Below, piece by piece: positions 12,378-24,913 of a stretch of DNA of 64,000 nt. Made by a program: the position numbers and the translations under genes. A model generated the notes under the pieces. The model was not told the origin of the DNA. It did not search any database and was given only the letters and a program-made list of their open reading frames with translations. The DNA is from Hemiscyllium ocellatum (Eukaryota): the NCBI RefSeq assembly GCF_020745735.1, contig NC_083406.1, forward strand, positions 13,330,001 to 13,394,000, read 5' to 3'. Numbering within the stretch: the stretch's first letter is position 1; the number at the start of each line of letters is the position of its first letter.

Positions 12378-12697
12378 TAGGGTCAGAGAGATGTACAGCA
12401 TTGAAACAGACCCTTCGGTCCAACCCGTCCATGCCGACCAGATATCCCAACCCAATCTAGTCCCACCTGCCAGCACCCGGCCCGCATCCCTCCAAACCCT
12501 TCCTATCCACACACATGTCCAAATGCCTTTTAAATGTTGCAATTGTACCAGCCTGCTCCACTACTTCTGGCAGCTCATTCCATACATGTACCACCTTCTG
12601 TGTGGAAAAGTTGCCTCTTAGGTCTCTTACATTTTTCTCCTCTCACCCTAAACCTATGCCTTCTAGTTCTGGACTCCCTGACCCCAGGGAAAAGACT
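12378..12697 (-). mobile_element. 5'-truncated CR1 3'-end fragment nested in the larger CR1
   Basis: Interrupts the host CR1. Its sequence is the reverse complement of the CR1 3' UTR seen at 38500-38790. Confidence 0.75.
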
Positions 12698-13322
12698 TTT
12701 CTCTGTTCCTGTGCAACATCTAAATCCCGGATTCTGCAACAACCATCCCTGCCTCTTCTTCTCCTCCCCCCCCCCCCCCGCCCAATGTCTTTCAAGTGGC
12801 CACAACTTTGGAATCCCAGGTATCAACCCATGCTGCAAGTTCACCCACCTTATCCCAGATGCTCCTGGCATTGAAGTACACACACTTCAAACCAATGTCC
12901 TGATTATCGGTGCCCCCTCGCGACCTTTATAAACTTATCCCTGACATCACTACCTGAACTTCTTGTACACTGCAACTACAATTCAGGTTCCCGTTACCCT
13001 GCTGCATTAGTTTAACCCCCAACCCCCCAGAATATTGTACCCCTCTGGTTCAGGTGAAGACCATCCTGTTTGTCAAGGTCCTACCTTCCCCAGAAAGAGC
13101 TCTAACTATCCAAGAATCCAAAACCCTCCCTCCTGCACCATCCCTGCCGCCACATGTTCAGCTCCGCGCTCTCCCTCTCCCTTGTTTCACTGGCACGTGG
13201 CACTGATAACTCTTTGTTCTAGCTCTCAGCTTCTACCCTAGCTCCCTAAAATGTCTGCCTTCAATTCCCCATCTTTCGTCCTACCTCTGTCATTGGTACA
13301 TATGTGGACCATGACTTGGAGC

Positions 13323-13451
13323 CCTTTCCTGAAGAAGGGCTTATGCCCGAAATGTCGATTCGCCTGTTACTTTGCTGCCTGACCTGCTACGCTTTTCCAG
13401 CAACACATTTTTAAGCTCTGATCTCCAGCATTTGCAGTCCTCACTTTCTCC
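13323..13451 (+). mobile_element. Short Penelope-type non-autonomous insertion (family A) with slightly mutated hammerhead
   Basis: CTGAAGA-A-GGGC-TTAT-GCCC-GAAA-TG-TC at 13329-13356, then the family tail GCTGCCTGACCTGC...CCAGCATTTGCAGTCCTCACTTTCTCC. Interrupts CR1 ORF1; no clear TSD. Confidence 0.85.
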
Positions 13452-15177
13452 TGCTCCTCCTTCACCTCAAGGATCCCGAAAACATGATCAGAGACGTCAT
13501 GAACCCTGGCATATGTGAGACAACAGACCAATCGTGAGTCTTTCTCATTCCCACAAAAACCTCCTATCTGCCCCCCTTACTATGGAGTCCCCAGTGACGA
13601 AAGCTTTGCTTCTTTTCCCCCTTTCCCTCTGAGCAACCGGGACTGATTCTGCACCAGAGACCTGTGCCCCATTGTTTACCCTGGTAAGTTGTTTCTCCAC
13701 CCCTTCCCCCAACTATCCAAAACAGTATACCTGTTGAGGGGAACCATCACAGGAGATCCCTGCACTGCCTGCTGTCCCCTTTCCTACCCCTGACTACCTT
13801 CTTCATCTACCTCCTTCACGTGGCTGCGGAGTAACTATCTCCTTGTAACTCCTCTCAGTAACCCCCTCCGCCTCCTGAATGATGCAAAGTTCATCCAGTT
13901 CCAGCTCCCTAACACGGTTCTCGAGGACTTGGAGTTGGGTGCACTTCCCACAAATGAAGTCAGCAGACTCACTAGAGGTGACCCTTACCTTCCACATACT
14001 GCAGGAGGAACATTTAACTGCCCTAACCTCCAATCCCGCTATTCAAAATTCCCAAATAGACTTCAGGAAAAAAAAACAAATGAAACACCAAAGAAACCAC
14101 TTACTACCTTACCAACTGACGCACATTTTTTTTTGTTGAGGAAGAAGATGGGTAGGAGATACTATCTGACTAGTGTTTCGGGTAAAGCAACTGCCCAAGT
14201 ATGTGACCACTCCAACTACATCAGGAACAGAAGCAAAACTGGAACTAAAAGAAATTTAAACCCTATGCAATGTCTAAAAGCTTTGAACCCATGAAAGGAC
14301 CTGCATAGTTGATATGCAACTGAGTCCATTCCCGCCCTTCCTGGCAACTAGATATAACTCCTTTCTACCACCTTCATCTTGGAAACCCCTGGATTGCCCT
14401 GGTGGAGTTCAGCCAATGTTTGCGACCTTTGCTCAGGGCAATCATTCCCTCCCATAACAATATGCATCCCCCACCGTGAGCTGCACTCTTGAGTCCAAGA
14501 AGGTTTTAATTCAAGTTGTGATGGCCCTTTTAGGGGCACTGCTTTATTCTTGTAATTGATGATTTTATCACACATTTTTGCCCTGAAAGATAATGGTGAA
14601 AAACTTTGACTCCAAATTTGACTGCCAGTCCTCCTTTTGCTATTTGGGTGTATTTACGTTCTGCATAAGCTATTGGGTGTTTGTCTCCAGTGAGCCATTT
14701 AAGAGCTAATATTACTCTGCCATATGAGGAGGCATTGCATATCAGTACTTGATCTTTCATGGGATCATAGTGTGCCAGCATGTTAGAGGATTATAGTTAT
14801 TTCTTTACTTTATTGAAAGCTAGGGCCTTATGAGTCCATTTCCAAGGATGGCATTTTTAGGAGTTGATGCAATGATGCCAGGTTGTGTATGAACTTTCTG
14901 TAATTTATCATACCCAGAAATGACCTCAGCTCTTGGACAGACATGGGAGGTGGGGCATCTTTGATTGCCCTTACTTTATCTTCCAATGGATGTCACTTGG
15001 TCTTGTTGACCCTGTAGCCCAAGTAGGTCACTTGGTTGGAGGGAGCCTGGGACACATGCTTTTCATTTCCTAGGCGTTCATCTGCCTGGGGGGGCGGGGA
15101 AACCTTCGGACTGTATTTAAGTATTCTGTGTTCCTTATTGGTTTTCCCTGGTGACCTGAGGTGGACCTTGCAAAATG

Positions 15178-15327
15178 CTAGGCAAAAGTGAGGACTGCAG
15201 ATGCTGGAAACCAGAGTTAGATTAGAAAAGTACAGCAGGTCAAGCAGCATCCGAGGAGCAGGAAAGTCGACGTTTCAGGCAAAAACCCTGATGAAGGGTT
15301 TTTGCCTGAAACATCGATTTTCCTACT
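15178..15327. mobile_element. Short Penelope-type insertion (family A) with inverted 5' duplication; 12-bp TSD
   Basis: TSD CCTTGCAAAATG at 15166-15177 and 15328-15339. Contains 36-bp inverted arms (15254-15289 / 15295-15330) and a hammerhead-like CTGATGA-A-GGGT-TTTT-GCCT-GAAA-CA-TC. Confidence 0.88.
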
Positions 15328-16489
15328 CCTTGCAAAATGTTCTCCATCGTTCGCTCAAAAATAGAATACGCTGATGATGTGCTATATGGCAGTCTCTTAT
15401 ATTGATGCAAACCCTTATGAGTATTAATTGTCGCATCATTCTGGAAATCCTGGTCTAAACACAATCGCAAGTAAATGCGGTTAATGTCAACCTTCATGAT
15501 GGATAAATCTCCTGTCATCTTTATGCACCCAGTTCCTTGGCTCAATGATTTTTAAACAAATGGTTAACTTTATCAACGGTGAACTGACCCATCAGGCTTC
15601 AAAATTGGTACTGGGTTGATGGTTCCTTCACTTCTGAGTCTTCAGAGTTCTGTTTTTGCTTTTGCCTGTAAGCCAAATGGTATGGGATGGACCTTGCAGA
15701 ATTGTAGAATTGCTTCCTGGTCAACATGCAAGGTCTTAGTTCCTTCATTGGTCCCCAGATCTTCCCGGAAAATGTCCGGGTATTTAATTAGGACTTCACT
15801 CACGCAGATTTCTTTTAATTGAAAAATGTTGAGCCAATTTAGGAGAATCTTTTGCAGCTGATTTTGTCCATCAATCTTGGGCCTGAGCCTTCTAGCACAA
15901 TCATTGATAGGCTTCTCATAAGGGACTGGAACAGAAGTTTTATCCTTTAACCTACAAAGGTTCCCAGTATCGGTTCTCATCCTAGCTGAAGTCTTGCACA
16001 AATGTAACGGCTGGAATGCGCAGAGTTTCATTAAGAACTGGTTCTGCAATCAATGATATGGCCACGCGAGTATCGACTTTCATTTAACCGGATTGCCATT
16101 TAACCAGATTTGGGCGTTGATAAACAAATTAAACCCACTGCTGGAGAGTTTCCAGGATATGAACTTTCCTGGATACTGGCCTACAAGTAATCTTACTCCA
16201 TTTACATCTAGTAGTACTCTGTTGTACTGAATATGCGTATCGAAAACAATTAGTATCTTACCAGGTGGGATCCTGTGGAAATTTGTAACTGTTTGACTGA
16301 GACTTGGCTTTATTTTGACATTTTTGCTGTGGGCTGACCTAGAGTTAATCCTGTCAGGAAATTTCCTGAGTGAGGATATACAGTTGTCTGCACTCTAGTG
16401 GTGTTTCCCCAACTTCTGGTGGAATGGTGAAGGTGTGCACTTCCATTCGAATACCTTGCAACTCTGATGCTCCACTTGCCGGATTTTCC

Positions 16490-17428
16490 TCTTTGCTGTT
16501 TATATGTGGCACAGATCTGGCCTATTCCCAGAATCTGTGCCACTGAAGTCACCCGGGCCATCTTCCAATTTATGTGGAGATTAAAGATGGACCGGGTCTG
16601 AAGAGACTCGATGTATAAAGATCTGGGCAATGGGGAAAAAATACACCCAATGCCACCCTCACCCTGATGTGTGTGGCTGCATCAAGCTCTGCGTGGATCC
16701 CTGGTGTGCAAACACCAAGTGTCACTACGTACTGAGGTTCTACCTGTCCCCGGTGTTGTGAAGGATGGGCCTGGCCTCGTTGCCGCGGAATGATCGAAGT
16801 AGTTGAACTGTTCCGTATCACCTGTCTTTCGTGGAGAAGTTTATGAAGAAAAACACCTTTTGACCACAAGTCCATCAGGAAGTGGTCAGCACGTAGTGTC
16901 CTTGAGACCCTTTGAGAAAAGGAGAGGGAGGATCCTATCGAGCGGTTCCCTGAGCAAACTATCAAAGTCACATATTCACTCCCTTTCGTGCACTGAGGCG
17001 AACATCAACTGTGCCTGGAGGATCATCAACTCTGTGAAGCACGCTCTTTTTGGGCGGTCCAAAACCTGTTGATCTTCCAGCTGAAGGAGTTGACCCCGAC
17101 TGTTGCAGACTGGCACGTTCTAAGGTCCAGGGCTATGTGTTGAGGGATGTGCTGAAGCTTGGGACAGCTGCCACCAAGGTGAGGTGGGGAAAGACCACCA
17201 TGTAACATCTGCTTGCCTAAGAAGGACAGGAGGTCCATGCCGTCTTTTGGGCTCTGCTGACACCTCAGCTAAATATATGGACATATGATTGATAAATGTA
17301 CAGACCTGTATATACAAATAAATTCTGATCTCTGTATGCAAATATTTATGTATGTATGGCATGACCAACTGTACAGACCATCAAATGATTTTATGAATAA
17401 AGTAAATTTTTGAAATTGAAAAAAAATT
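16490..17428 (+). mobile_element. 5'-truncated, internally deleted Tx1/L1-clade LINE nested in Gypsy gag
   Basis: Hand translation: VTRAIFQFMW...CGCIKLCVDPWCANTKCHYVLRFYLSPVL...PYHLSFVEKFMKKNTFDHKSIRKWSAR...AWRIINSVK...WGKTT*. The 3' UTR ends GAATAAA...GAAAAAAAA. Confidence 0.8.
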
Positions 17429-20400
17429 CCAATAATACCTGGTTTGAATTTCAGTTGAACTTCAGCCAGTAGGCGTTTTTGCATAGTTCAATAATCTTAC
17501 ATTTAATTAAGGGTTAAGTCAAATTCACAGGCTTCTGTCTTAAACTAGTCAAAAATTGCGATCCGGATTACTCTGGTTCTTGAGTTGCTGAGCAAAAATG
17601 TCTGAGTTGAAGGAGGGTTGGGGTCATAATATTCCTTAACGAGATCAATCAATTCTTGAAAGATTTTAGCATCTGAGGATGCCTCAGGAAATGTTAAGCT
17701 ACTAACGACAGGGAAAAAAAAAACTGCAGCTGTACAGGTTGTCAGGAAAATTGCTTGTTGATTTTCATCTGTTATAGTATCATTTGATTGGAAAAGATAG
17801 CATCACCGTTCCACATTTCTGGGCCCAGTCTCGATAACAGGGTTGAACTCATCAAGCTTCCCATACAGAGGCATGATGCAAGAAAATGCATATCCCCAAC
17901 TTCAAAATGTATGTTGCAAGAGGGTTCCTTCAAGATTGTACTTTACTCGTCTCCACTGAAATGAGTCTTCAGAGACCTGCATCCGTTACCAATCTGCCTT
18001 TGTTTACGAATGCATAATCTTTTGACAATATCACTACCTCTTACTGAGTCAGGCATTCAGCATACTGGATGTCCCTGATATTCAAACTTTTGTGTAAGCA
18101 AGAATAACAGGCCCAATTAGGGAACTCATATTCTGAGGTCCAGCTTGCTGACTTCATTGCAATCGCTATGCTGTTGAGTCTGCTTCACCATTCTCATGAC
18201 TGATCTGGGGATTCAGCTCCAAGTAGATTCCATCTGATTCCATATCCTTGATTCCTGATGAGACCAATAATCCATGTAAATATATTCAATGATACTGTAT
18301 CTGGGAGCTTCTGAGGATATGCCGTTCAGCTTCTCTGTTTTAAAGGTACAAAATATGGATTTCTCTGTTCTGAAATATTTTCAATTTATTTATGTGAATC
18401 ATTTTAATTATTTACTTGAAAGCTATTTCTGCAACAAACATTCCTGATCTATCTGTTCTCAGTTTCTTTCAGAACAAAAAGTTTGCTGCCAGTTTTTATA
18501 CTCAAACATTCATGCTGTACCATGGTTAATAAATATGTTACACTTGTCGCAATCCTATTTGATTGTTATTTCAGTCATTAATTTCCTTGTGTAGGTATAG
18601 CTTGCAAATAGTCAGACATTTGGAGCAGAACATGATCTATCCTTCTCAATAGGATCCTGTTGTGTACCTGGTGTAGAATGATTGATTGACTGCTTACAGT
18701 TATGCGGGTCAATTTGACCCTGGACATCCAGCATATACAGCTCAGCTTAGGATCACTTGGGATGCCAAGGTTGAGCAGTCTGGCTCAATTTGAGTCAGTG
18801 GCTGGGAAAAAAATACAAAGGATGGCATTTGCACAAAGAGTGGCTATGATTTTACCACTGATTTATTGAAGGAAACTACAACTGATTCAAAGTTGCGTGC
18901 CAGATTTTTCAGTCAGTGGTATTGTTTTCAGGAGCATCAGCAATCACATGCTTACCTTTTAACATATCTCGACCAGGGCTTTCATTCTTGGCTGGAACAA
19001 TGAAGGCTTGATGTGGCCATCTACGGTGAAGACGAGTGAAGAGGAGGAGTGCTGAGGACATAACCATTTTATGGGATCAGATTCTGAATTTAGTTTTTCT
19101 TTATAAACCTGAAGTCTTTTGGTTGGGTTAGTGAGTCAATTGTAGATGAGGGAATGATGGTGGACAGTTGAATTCTGGTGGTGAAGGTGGGTAGCCAGGT
19201 CTGGTACAGATGAGAATATGAATGGTGGGCTGGTTATACTGTTAACCAATTTACACCAGAGATTAAATGGTGTGACATTTATAGTGTACTGTTGGATTTA
19301 AAAAGTCTGTTGAATCATTTTGTCTTGCACACTTAACCAGGACAGAATCTCCAGGGAAATTTACACTGTGAAACAAAAGTGTAGGTTTATTGGTCATTTA
19401 CCATGAAGCATGCATCATAAAACAGTTAAAGGGCAAGCTTTTTTAAATTCATTCCAGACTAGTTGATTGTCATCAGCACATTGCTAAGGTGAATGTACTA
19501 TGGAATGGCTATCCATCAAGTTTTAGTTGAAAGACATGATGTTTAAAGTTTTTTGATTTTCTAAGAATTGGATTTTGAATGGGTAATGAGACTGTTTGTA
19601 CATGTAAATGAGCCACACTACATGTTTGACAATTTTAAATTGGTTGTTCGTATAATTTGTAGCACAATTAAGTTTGTTTAGCAAGTGCTGTTCAGTCACA
19701 GAATCATATCTGATGTTGAAAGCTTCTGATTGTAGCAAGCATAGACTAGTTGGTTGACTAAAATCAATACTCTTCTGCAAAGTGCCAAAGAGCTATTGCT
19801 ATTTGACCTGATCCACCAATCTTTGAGATTCACAGCCTTCATTCCTGGCGTACTGACATTGAAATTCATATTCCTCGTTTGAGGGATTTTTCAGCTTGAA
19901 GGTATCCTGTTAATACAGAATGTTGTAACACTTGCTCAGAGCTTTGAGGCACCCCGCCATTACAATCTTACCTAAAGAAGAATTGGCACTTTTCAAGACC
20001 AAAAGTGGTGTTATTAGGCAGATTTCATGAGTTTGCATGACATGTAGTGATCTAATTGAGGTACCTGTTGTCATGTAGGGTAGCTTTGCATCCTACTGAG
20101 CATGAAATTGTGATGACGAGCAAATGCCTTTGCCCTGTTTACGAATTACTGACAAGGTCAGCCTTATAAGGTATACACATCTGTAGGAATCCCAGTGTGT
20201 TTTAAAAGGTTCTGTAGAAGGAGCTTAGTGGTGCTTGAGATACTAAGCAAGCAAGAAGCTTTACCTTGGTGTTAATCTTCAAGAGTTGCTGGAGCTGCAC
20301 TTATCTAGGCAAGTAGGAAGTACTCTATCATATTCTAGAATTGTGCGTTTTAGATATTTAGGAGACAGTATGTGAAATACTCACTACATTCCTTTAATCT

Positions 20401-21170
20401 TGCTGATATGCAGCTTTCTGTGTGCATCAGCTTGAGGAAATGGAAGTTGATGCATCCATGCACTCATTGGAGTGCACAGACCTTCTAAGTGGCTGCGAAG
20501 CTTAGGAAGAATATAATTTTCTGTAGAATTCCTTACCTTTGATTTGCTCTTGTAACCAAAGTATTTGTAAGATTCACTTTCTAGAAACTCCCAAGACACT
20601 GGCAGTGATGGTTTTAGTACCGATTTCTGTTGAACAGAAGAGGGTGATAATTATGTTGGTTCTTGTGGAAGGTGATTCTTACCTGTCACTTGAGTCTACA
20701 TGTGGTAAATAACATTTGTCAGCCTAAGCCTGGTCTTGCTTTGTATAGATAGACATGAACAGTGTAAGTACCATTTCCTCCCTTGTAAAATATTCATTAA
20801 AACCTTGGTGTTCACTTTCCATCTCACAAGTTTATGCATTCAAAGGATCATCTGTGGCCTTTACTGCCAAAACAGGTATTGTAAACAAATGAGCATATGC
20901 GACTTCCTATATCTCTCCCCTGTTGGTGATTTTCTCTGTGGCACCCTGGTCCACCCCATCCTGTTATTCTCAACTCCCAACACCACCTCTTCCTACCACC
21001 ACCACCACCACAATGGCATCTTCCAGTGCAATTTCAGAACGTATAACAGTTTATATAATCTCTTACCTCCACTCTGTGTAAGGCAACCTTTTCAAGATGA
21101 AGTAGCCAGTTAGTACTTTCAGTCAAATCTGCTGTATTCGCTGCTCACCATACAGTCTCCTCTACGTTGG

Positions 21171-21378
21171 GTTATAGCCCAGGTTTAATTGGAAGCACAC
21201 TAGCTTTCGGAGCGACGCTCCTTCATCAGGTAATGTCCTTCATCTGGACAATCACCTGATTGAAGGAGCGTCGCTCCGAAAGCTAGTGTGCTTCCAATTA
21301 AACCTGTTGGACTATAACCTGGTGTTGTGATTTTTAACTTTGTACACCCCAGTTCAATACCGGCATCTCCAAATCATG
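21171..21378. mobile_element. Short Penelope-type insertion (family B) with inverted hammerhead-bearing arms; 13-bp TSD
   Basis: TSD TCCTCTAC[G/A]TTGG at 21158-21170 and 21379-21391. Arms 21180-21231 and 21254-21306 are reverse complements except for one inserted T. Confidence 0.9.
21198..21232 (-). ncRNA. Minimal type-I hammerhead ribozyme motif (intact core)
   Basis: Minus strand: uac-CUGAUGA-A-GGAGC-GUC-GCUCC-GAAA-GC-UA^gug. Stem II is 5 bp, AGCU is palindromic, stem I is uac/gug. Confidence 0.75.
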
Positions 21379-21979
21379 TCCTCTACATTGGTAAGATCAA
21401 ATGTGGGTTGGGTGATCACTTTGCAGAAACCTCTGTCTGCAAGATTGACCTTTAACTTTCCAGTTCCTTGCCATTTTAATTAACCATCTTGTTCCTGTGC
21501 TAACTTTTCTAACCTAGCCCTGCTGCAGTTTATGAAGTTCCAAATCCAGGATAGAGAAATAGCACCCCAGTTTCCACCTATGAACTTTTAACACCTTCAT
21601 GGTTCAGAATTTATTTCAACACTTACAGACCATGAGTCCTGTCATCCATTTTGATCACCACCCAGTGTCTTGCTTGCATGGATTTACTCTCAGCAGAATT
21701 AACCTATTTTCTGTTATTAAGCACACCCACTGCTCATCAACTCTTCAATCTATATCCCCTTTCTATTACCAATAGCATTTCCTTTGCCAGTTGCTCTGGG
21801 ATGCATTTCCTATTTCTTCCATGTTCTGCTCTCTTTTTTTGAAAGCATAAACGATCATGTTTCCAGTCTTTGTCATACTTACAGAAGAGTTATATTGAAT
21901 TCGTGTAAATTCTGTATTTCTTTAGCTAGACCATCTGACTTAGTCTAATTTTTATTCCAGATCTTCAGCATTTGTACAA

Positions 21980-22127
21980 GAAAGTGAGGACTGCAGATGT
22001 TGGAGATCAGAGTTGAGTGTGTGGTGCTAGAAAAGGTCTGATGAAAGTCTTATTCCCAAAACGCCAATTCTTCTGCTCCTCGGATGCTATCTGATCTGTA
22101 CTTTTCCAGCACCACATATTTGACTCT
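21980..22127. mobile_element. Degenerate short Penelope-type insertion (family A), inverted arrangement
   Basis: Minus-strand tail AGAAAGTGAGGACTGCAGATGTTGGAGATCAGAG, followed by a decayed plus-strand CTGATGAAAGTCTTATTCCCAAAACGCC and tail. Confidence 0.7.
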
Positions 22128-23329
22128 TTATGATGCTTGTCAATCTTTTATCACAATACAGTAGAATTCCTAAAGCTTAATCTCTATGTAAAGCGTATAT
22201 ATTTGTATGTTTAGAACTGTTCCCTAGGCATCAAAGCACGATTACCTTGATTATAAACTTAACAGCCATTACTCCTTTGCAATCATTATTTGACAAACCA
22301 GTTTTACATAAGTGGCTGATCTTCAAATTAACATCGATCTCATTCAAGGAATTGTAATTTGATTAGCTTAGAATTAATGTTTAGTCAAGTTCTTTAAACC
22401 AACAAATAATCTCAAACATCATGATAGTCAATAGTCTGTCCATGAAACATTAAACTGCATTATGAAAACGCTGAAACTTTAGAATGAGTTATGTACCTTT
22501 GCAATGCAATATTCAGATATGGAGAGGCTGTTTCTGTCATTCAATATACTATGATCATAGAACTAATTCTCTAATATCATAATTAAATAAAACATGGTAT
22601 TTTTAGGAGGGTAGATAGCAAATAGTATTCATTGTTTCTTTTAAAATGGCCTCCTACTTATGAACTAGTTCGAACACATTTTCCTTTTTATTTCCTTTTA
22701 AAGAGAAGGTTTTCTGCTTCTAAGTTTTTTCTAAATTTTAATTAAAATTTACATAGAATTGAAGGTAAATTGAACTTTCTGAATTCAGTTATCAATAAGC
22801 AAGTCAATCAAAAGCATTTTAATGCTACAAATATTATTGCAATGGGAAGTAATCAAGCTCTCCTTAAATTTGATTATATATTTAGATTAAATTTTACAAC
22901 TTTTGATGTTACATCCAAGTTCAGTGGTGTAAATAAATTCCTTTTCATTCCAGAGGTTAGTTATAAAATGTTTCCTAATTTTTAAAAACATGTGACTTCT
23001 CAAATTACTAAGTACTTGGCCATGTGAAAATCTAATGGAAATAATAAGGCAAACATTAAGTTACTACAGTTAAGCAGTTAGTTTTATTGTACACCCAAGT
23101 AAAATATATACAAGTTATTAATTGGTCTCTTATGCTACATTGGAATCTATGTCACTGAGCTTGGAAGCATGGCTTGAAGTCCCACCTATTCCAAAGATGT
23201 GCAATACAATAGCATCTCTAAAGAAATTAATTAGAAAATACAAAAGTTATTAAGGGAAAACTCATCCTGAATTTTTAACATACAATATGTCATACTGTGC
23301 ATAATGTGCAATGTAAAACAGGTTAACGG

Positions 23330-24913
23330 ACTTGGGAGCAGCGTTCCCTCTGATTTTTTTTTTCTGCTCCAAGGTATGTGTACAGCAGCAGCTTTTGGCA
23401 GTGGAAGCTGATACATGGGTAACTGGCATGTATGCAACCTCCAAAGGCCAAACAGCTTAGAAGGAATGTTGGTGGGGTGGTGGAGTTGTGAAAGATTGCA
23501 AAGTCAGATTTGCAAGCCACTCCAGATCAGTTTGACTCGTGTGTACAAGAGACTTAGTTTAGTCCTTGAATGTTACCAAAAGAAAACTGATAATGAGCCA
23601 GATCTGGTCAGTCAAATATTCCGCTTGTCATATACGTTGAAGGAAAACTGTAACCATGTTCAGCATGTTCCATACGCTGCTGACCTATTGAGCAAAGCAG
23701 TTGCCAATGACTATATCCTACACTGGATCAGCTGTGTTAGCCTGGTCTTTAAACTGCATAGCTGTTGTCACCACGCTCACTCCAATTGGTGAGGTGAGAG
23801 TAATAGCCCTCACATCAAGGCCACATTCAACCGAGTTTTGTTCAGCCCTAACAAAATTGAATCAATGCGAATCAGGAGGCAAACTCTGCTGGTTGGAGCC
23901 ATGTTTGGCTCATAAGAAAGTTGTTTGTTGGAGATCCGTCATCTCAGCTCAGTGACACTTCTGCAGGAGTTCCTGAGGGTAGTGTCATAGCCCCAGCCAT
24001 CTTCAGTGGCATCATCAATGATCTTGCCTCTGTCAGAGGTCAGAACTGGGGATGTTCGATGATTACACAATGTTCAGCTCCATTCGCGACTTCAGATACT
24101 GAAGTAGTTCGTGTTCAAATTAACCAGGTCTGGATAATATGGAGGCTTGGGCTGGCAAGTGGTAAGTAACATTTGTGCCTCTCGAATGCCAGGCAATGAT
24201 CATCTCCACTAAGTGACAATCAAATCACCAGTCCTTAATATTCAGTGATGTTACCATCGCTGAATCTTCTATTATCAACATTCACCAGTAATTCAACTGG
24301 ACTCACCATGTAAATGCAGTGTCTGCAAGAGCAGTTCAGAGTCTTGCAGTGAGTAACTCACCACCTGATTCCCCACATTCTGCCCCTCCATTTACAAGGC
24401 TTAAGTCAGGAGTGTGATGGAATACTCCCCACTTGCCTGGATGGCTGAAGCCCCAGCAATACTCAACACTATCGAGGACGGAGCAGTTGCTTTATTGGCA
24501 CGCATCTGCAAGCCTGTGCTCACTCTGACACCAACGCTCAGTAACAGTAGTGTGCACTATCCACAAGATACACTGCATAAATTCACCAAAGATCCTGAGA
24601 AAGTGCCTTCTGAACTCAAGACCACTATTATCTAGAAGGACAAGGAGGGCAGATACATGAGAGCATGAATACCTGCAAGTTCTCATCCAAACCTGTCAGC
24701 ATCTTGACTCGAATTATCATTTTTCCTTCACTGTGAGTCAAAATCCTGCAGTTCTATCCCTAAGGCAATTGTGGGTCAGCTAACAGCACGTGGACTGTTG
24801 TGGTTTAAGCAGGTGGCTCATCACCACCTTCAAGGGCAACTAAGGACTTGGCAATAAATGCTGGCCAGCCAATGCCTCACGTCCAACGAGTGAGTGAATA
24901 AAACAAAAAAAAA
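23330..24913 (+). mobile_element. Decayed LINE (CR1/L2 group), RT and 3' end
   Basis: RT motif SAGVPEGSVIAPAIFSGIINDL and MEYSPLAWM. The 3' end GGCAATAAATGCTGGCC...GAATAAAACAAAAAAAA is shared with SINEs at 54125 and 61595. Further fragments at ~20150-20740 (-), ~42455-42830 (+) and ~60320-60950 (-). Confidence 0.75.

Larger units (their letters stand above)
9905..14290 (-). mobile_element. Near full-length decayed CR1/HER1 LINE (ORF1 zinc finger/leucine zipper; ORF2 EN-RT)
   Basis: ORF-track peptides: MEVRAVKCSSCSMW...CGKCTQLQVLENRVRELEL (ORF1), DWRIANVVPLFKKG...PGNYRPVS, VTSSVPQRFVLGPLLF...KFADGT, HLEYCAQFWSPH...RGDLIETYKI. Many frameshifts. Confidence 0.93.
14300..18170 (-). mobile_element. 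Decayed Gypsy/Ty3 LTR retrotransposon (5' LTR ~17958-18170, PBS, gag, pol RT-RNaseH)
   Basis: PBS-like TGGAGACGAG (minus strand, 17955-17946). Gag start MPLYGKLDEFNPVIE at 17874, later ELIDLVKEYYDPNPP. RT peptide ATINTHKGLHQYKRLPY...IFERTMENILQG; RNaseH peptide LAHYDP...LICNASSYG...HPIAYA. Confidence 0.88.
20770..21975 (+). mobile_element. Old Penelope-like element, 3' part (linker plus GIY-YIG endonuclease), decayed
   Basis: LVFTFHLTSLCIQRII (ORF 20736-21113), then by hand CIRCSPYSLLY[I]G...LGDHFAE, matching the PLE GIY-YIG pattern YCIxCxxCxLLYIGETxRxLxxRFxEH. Confidence 0.75.
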
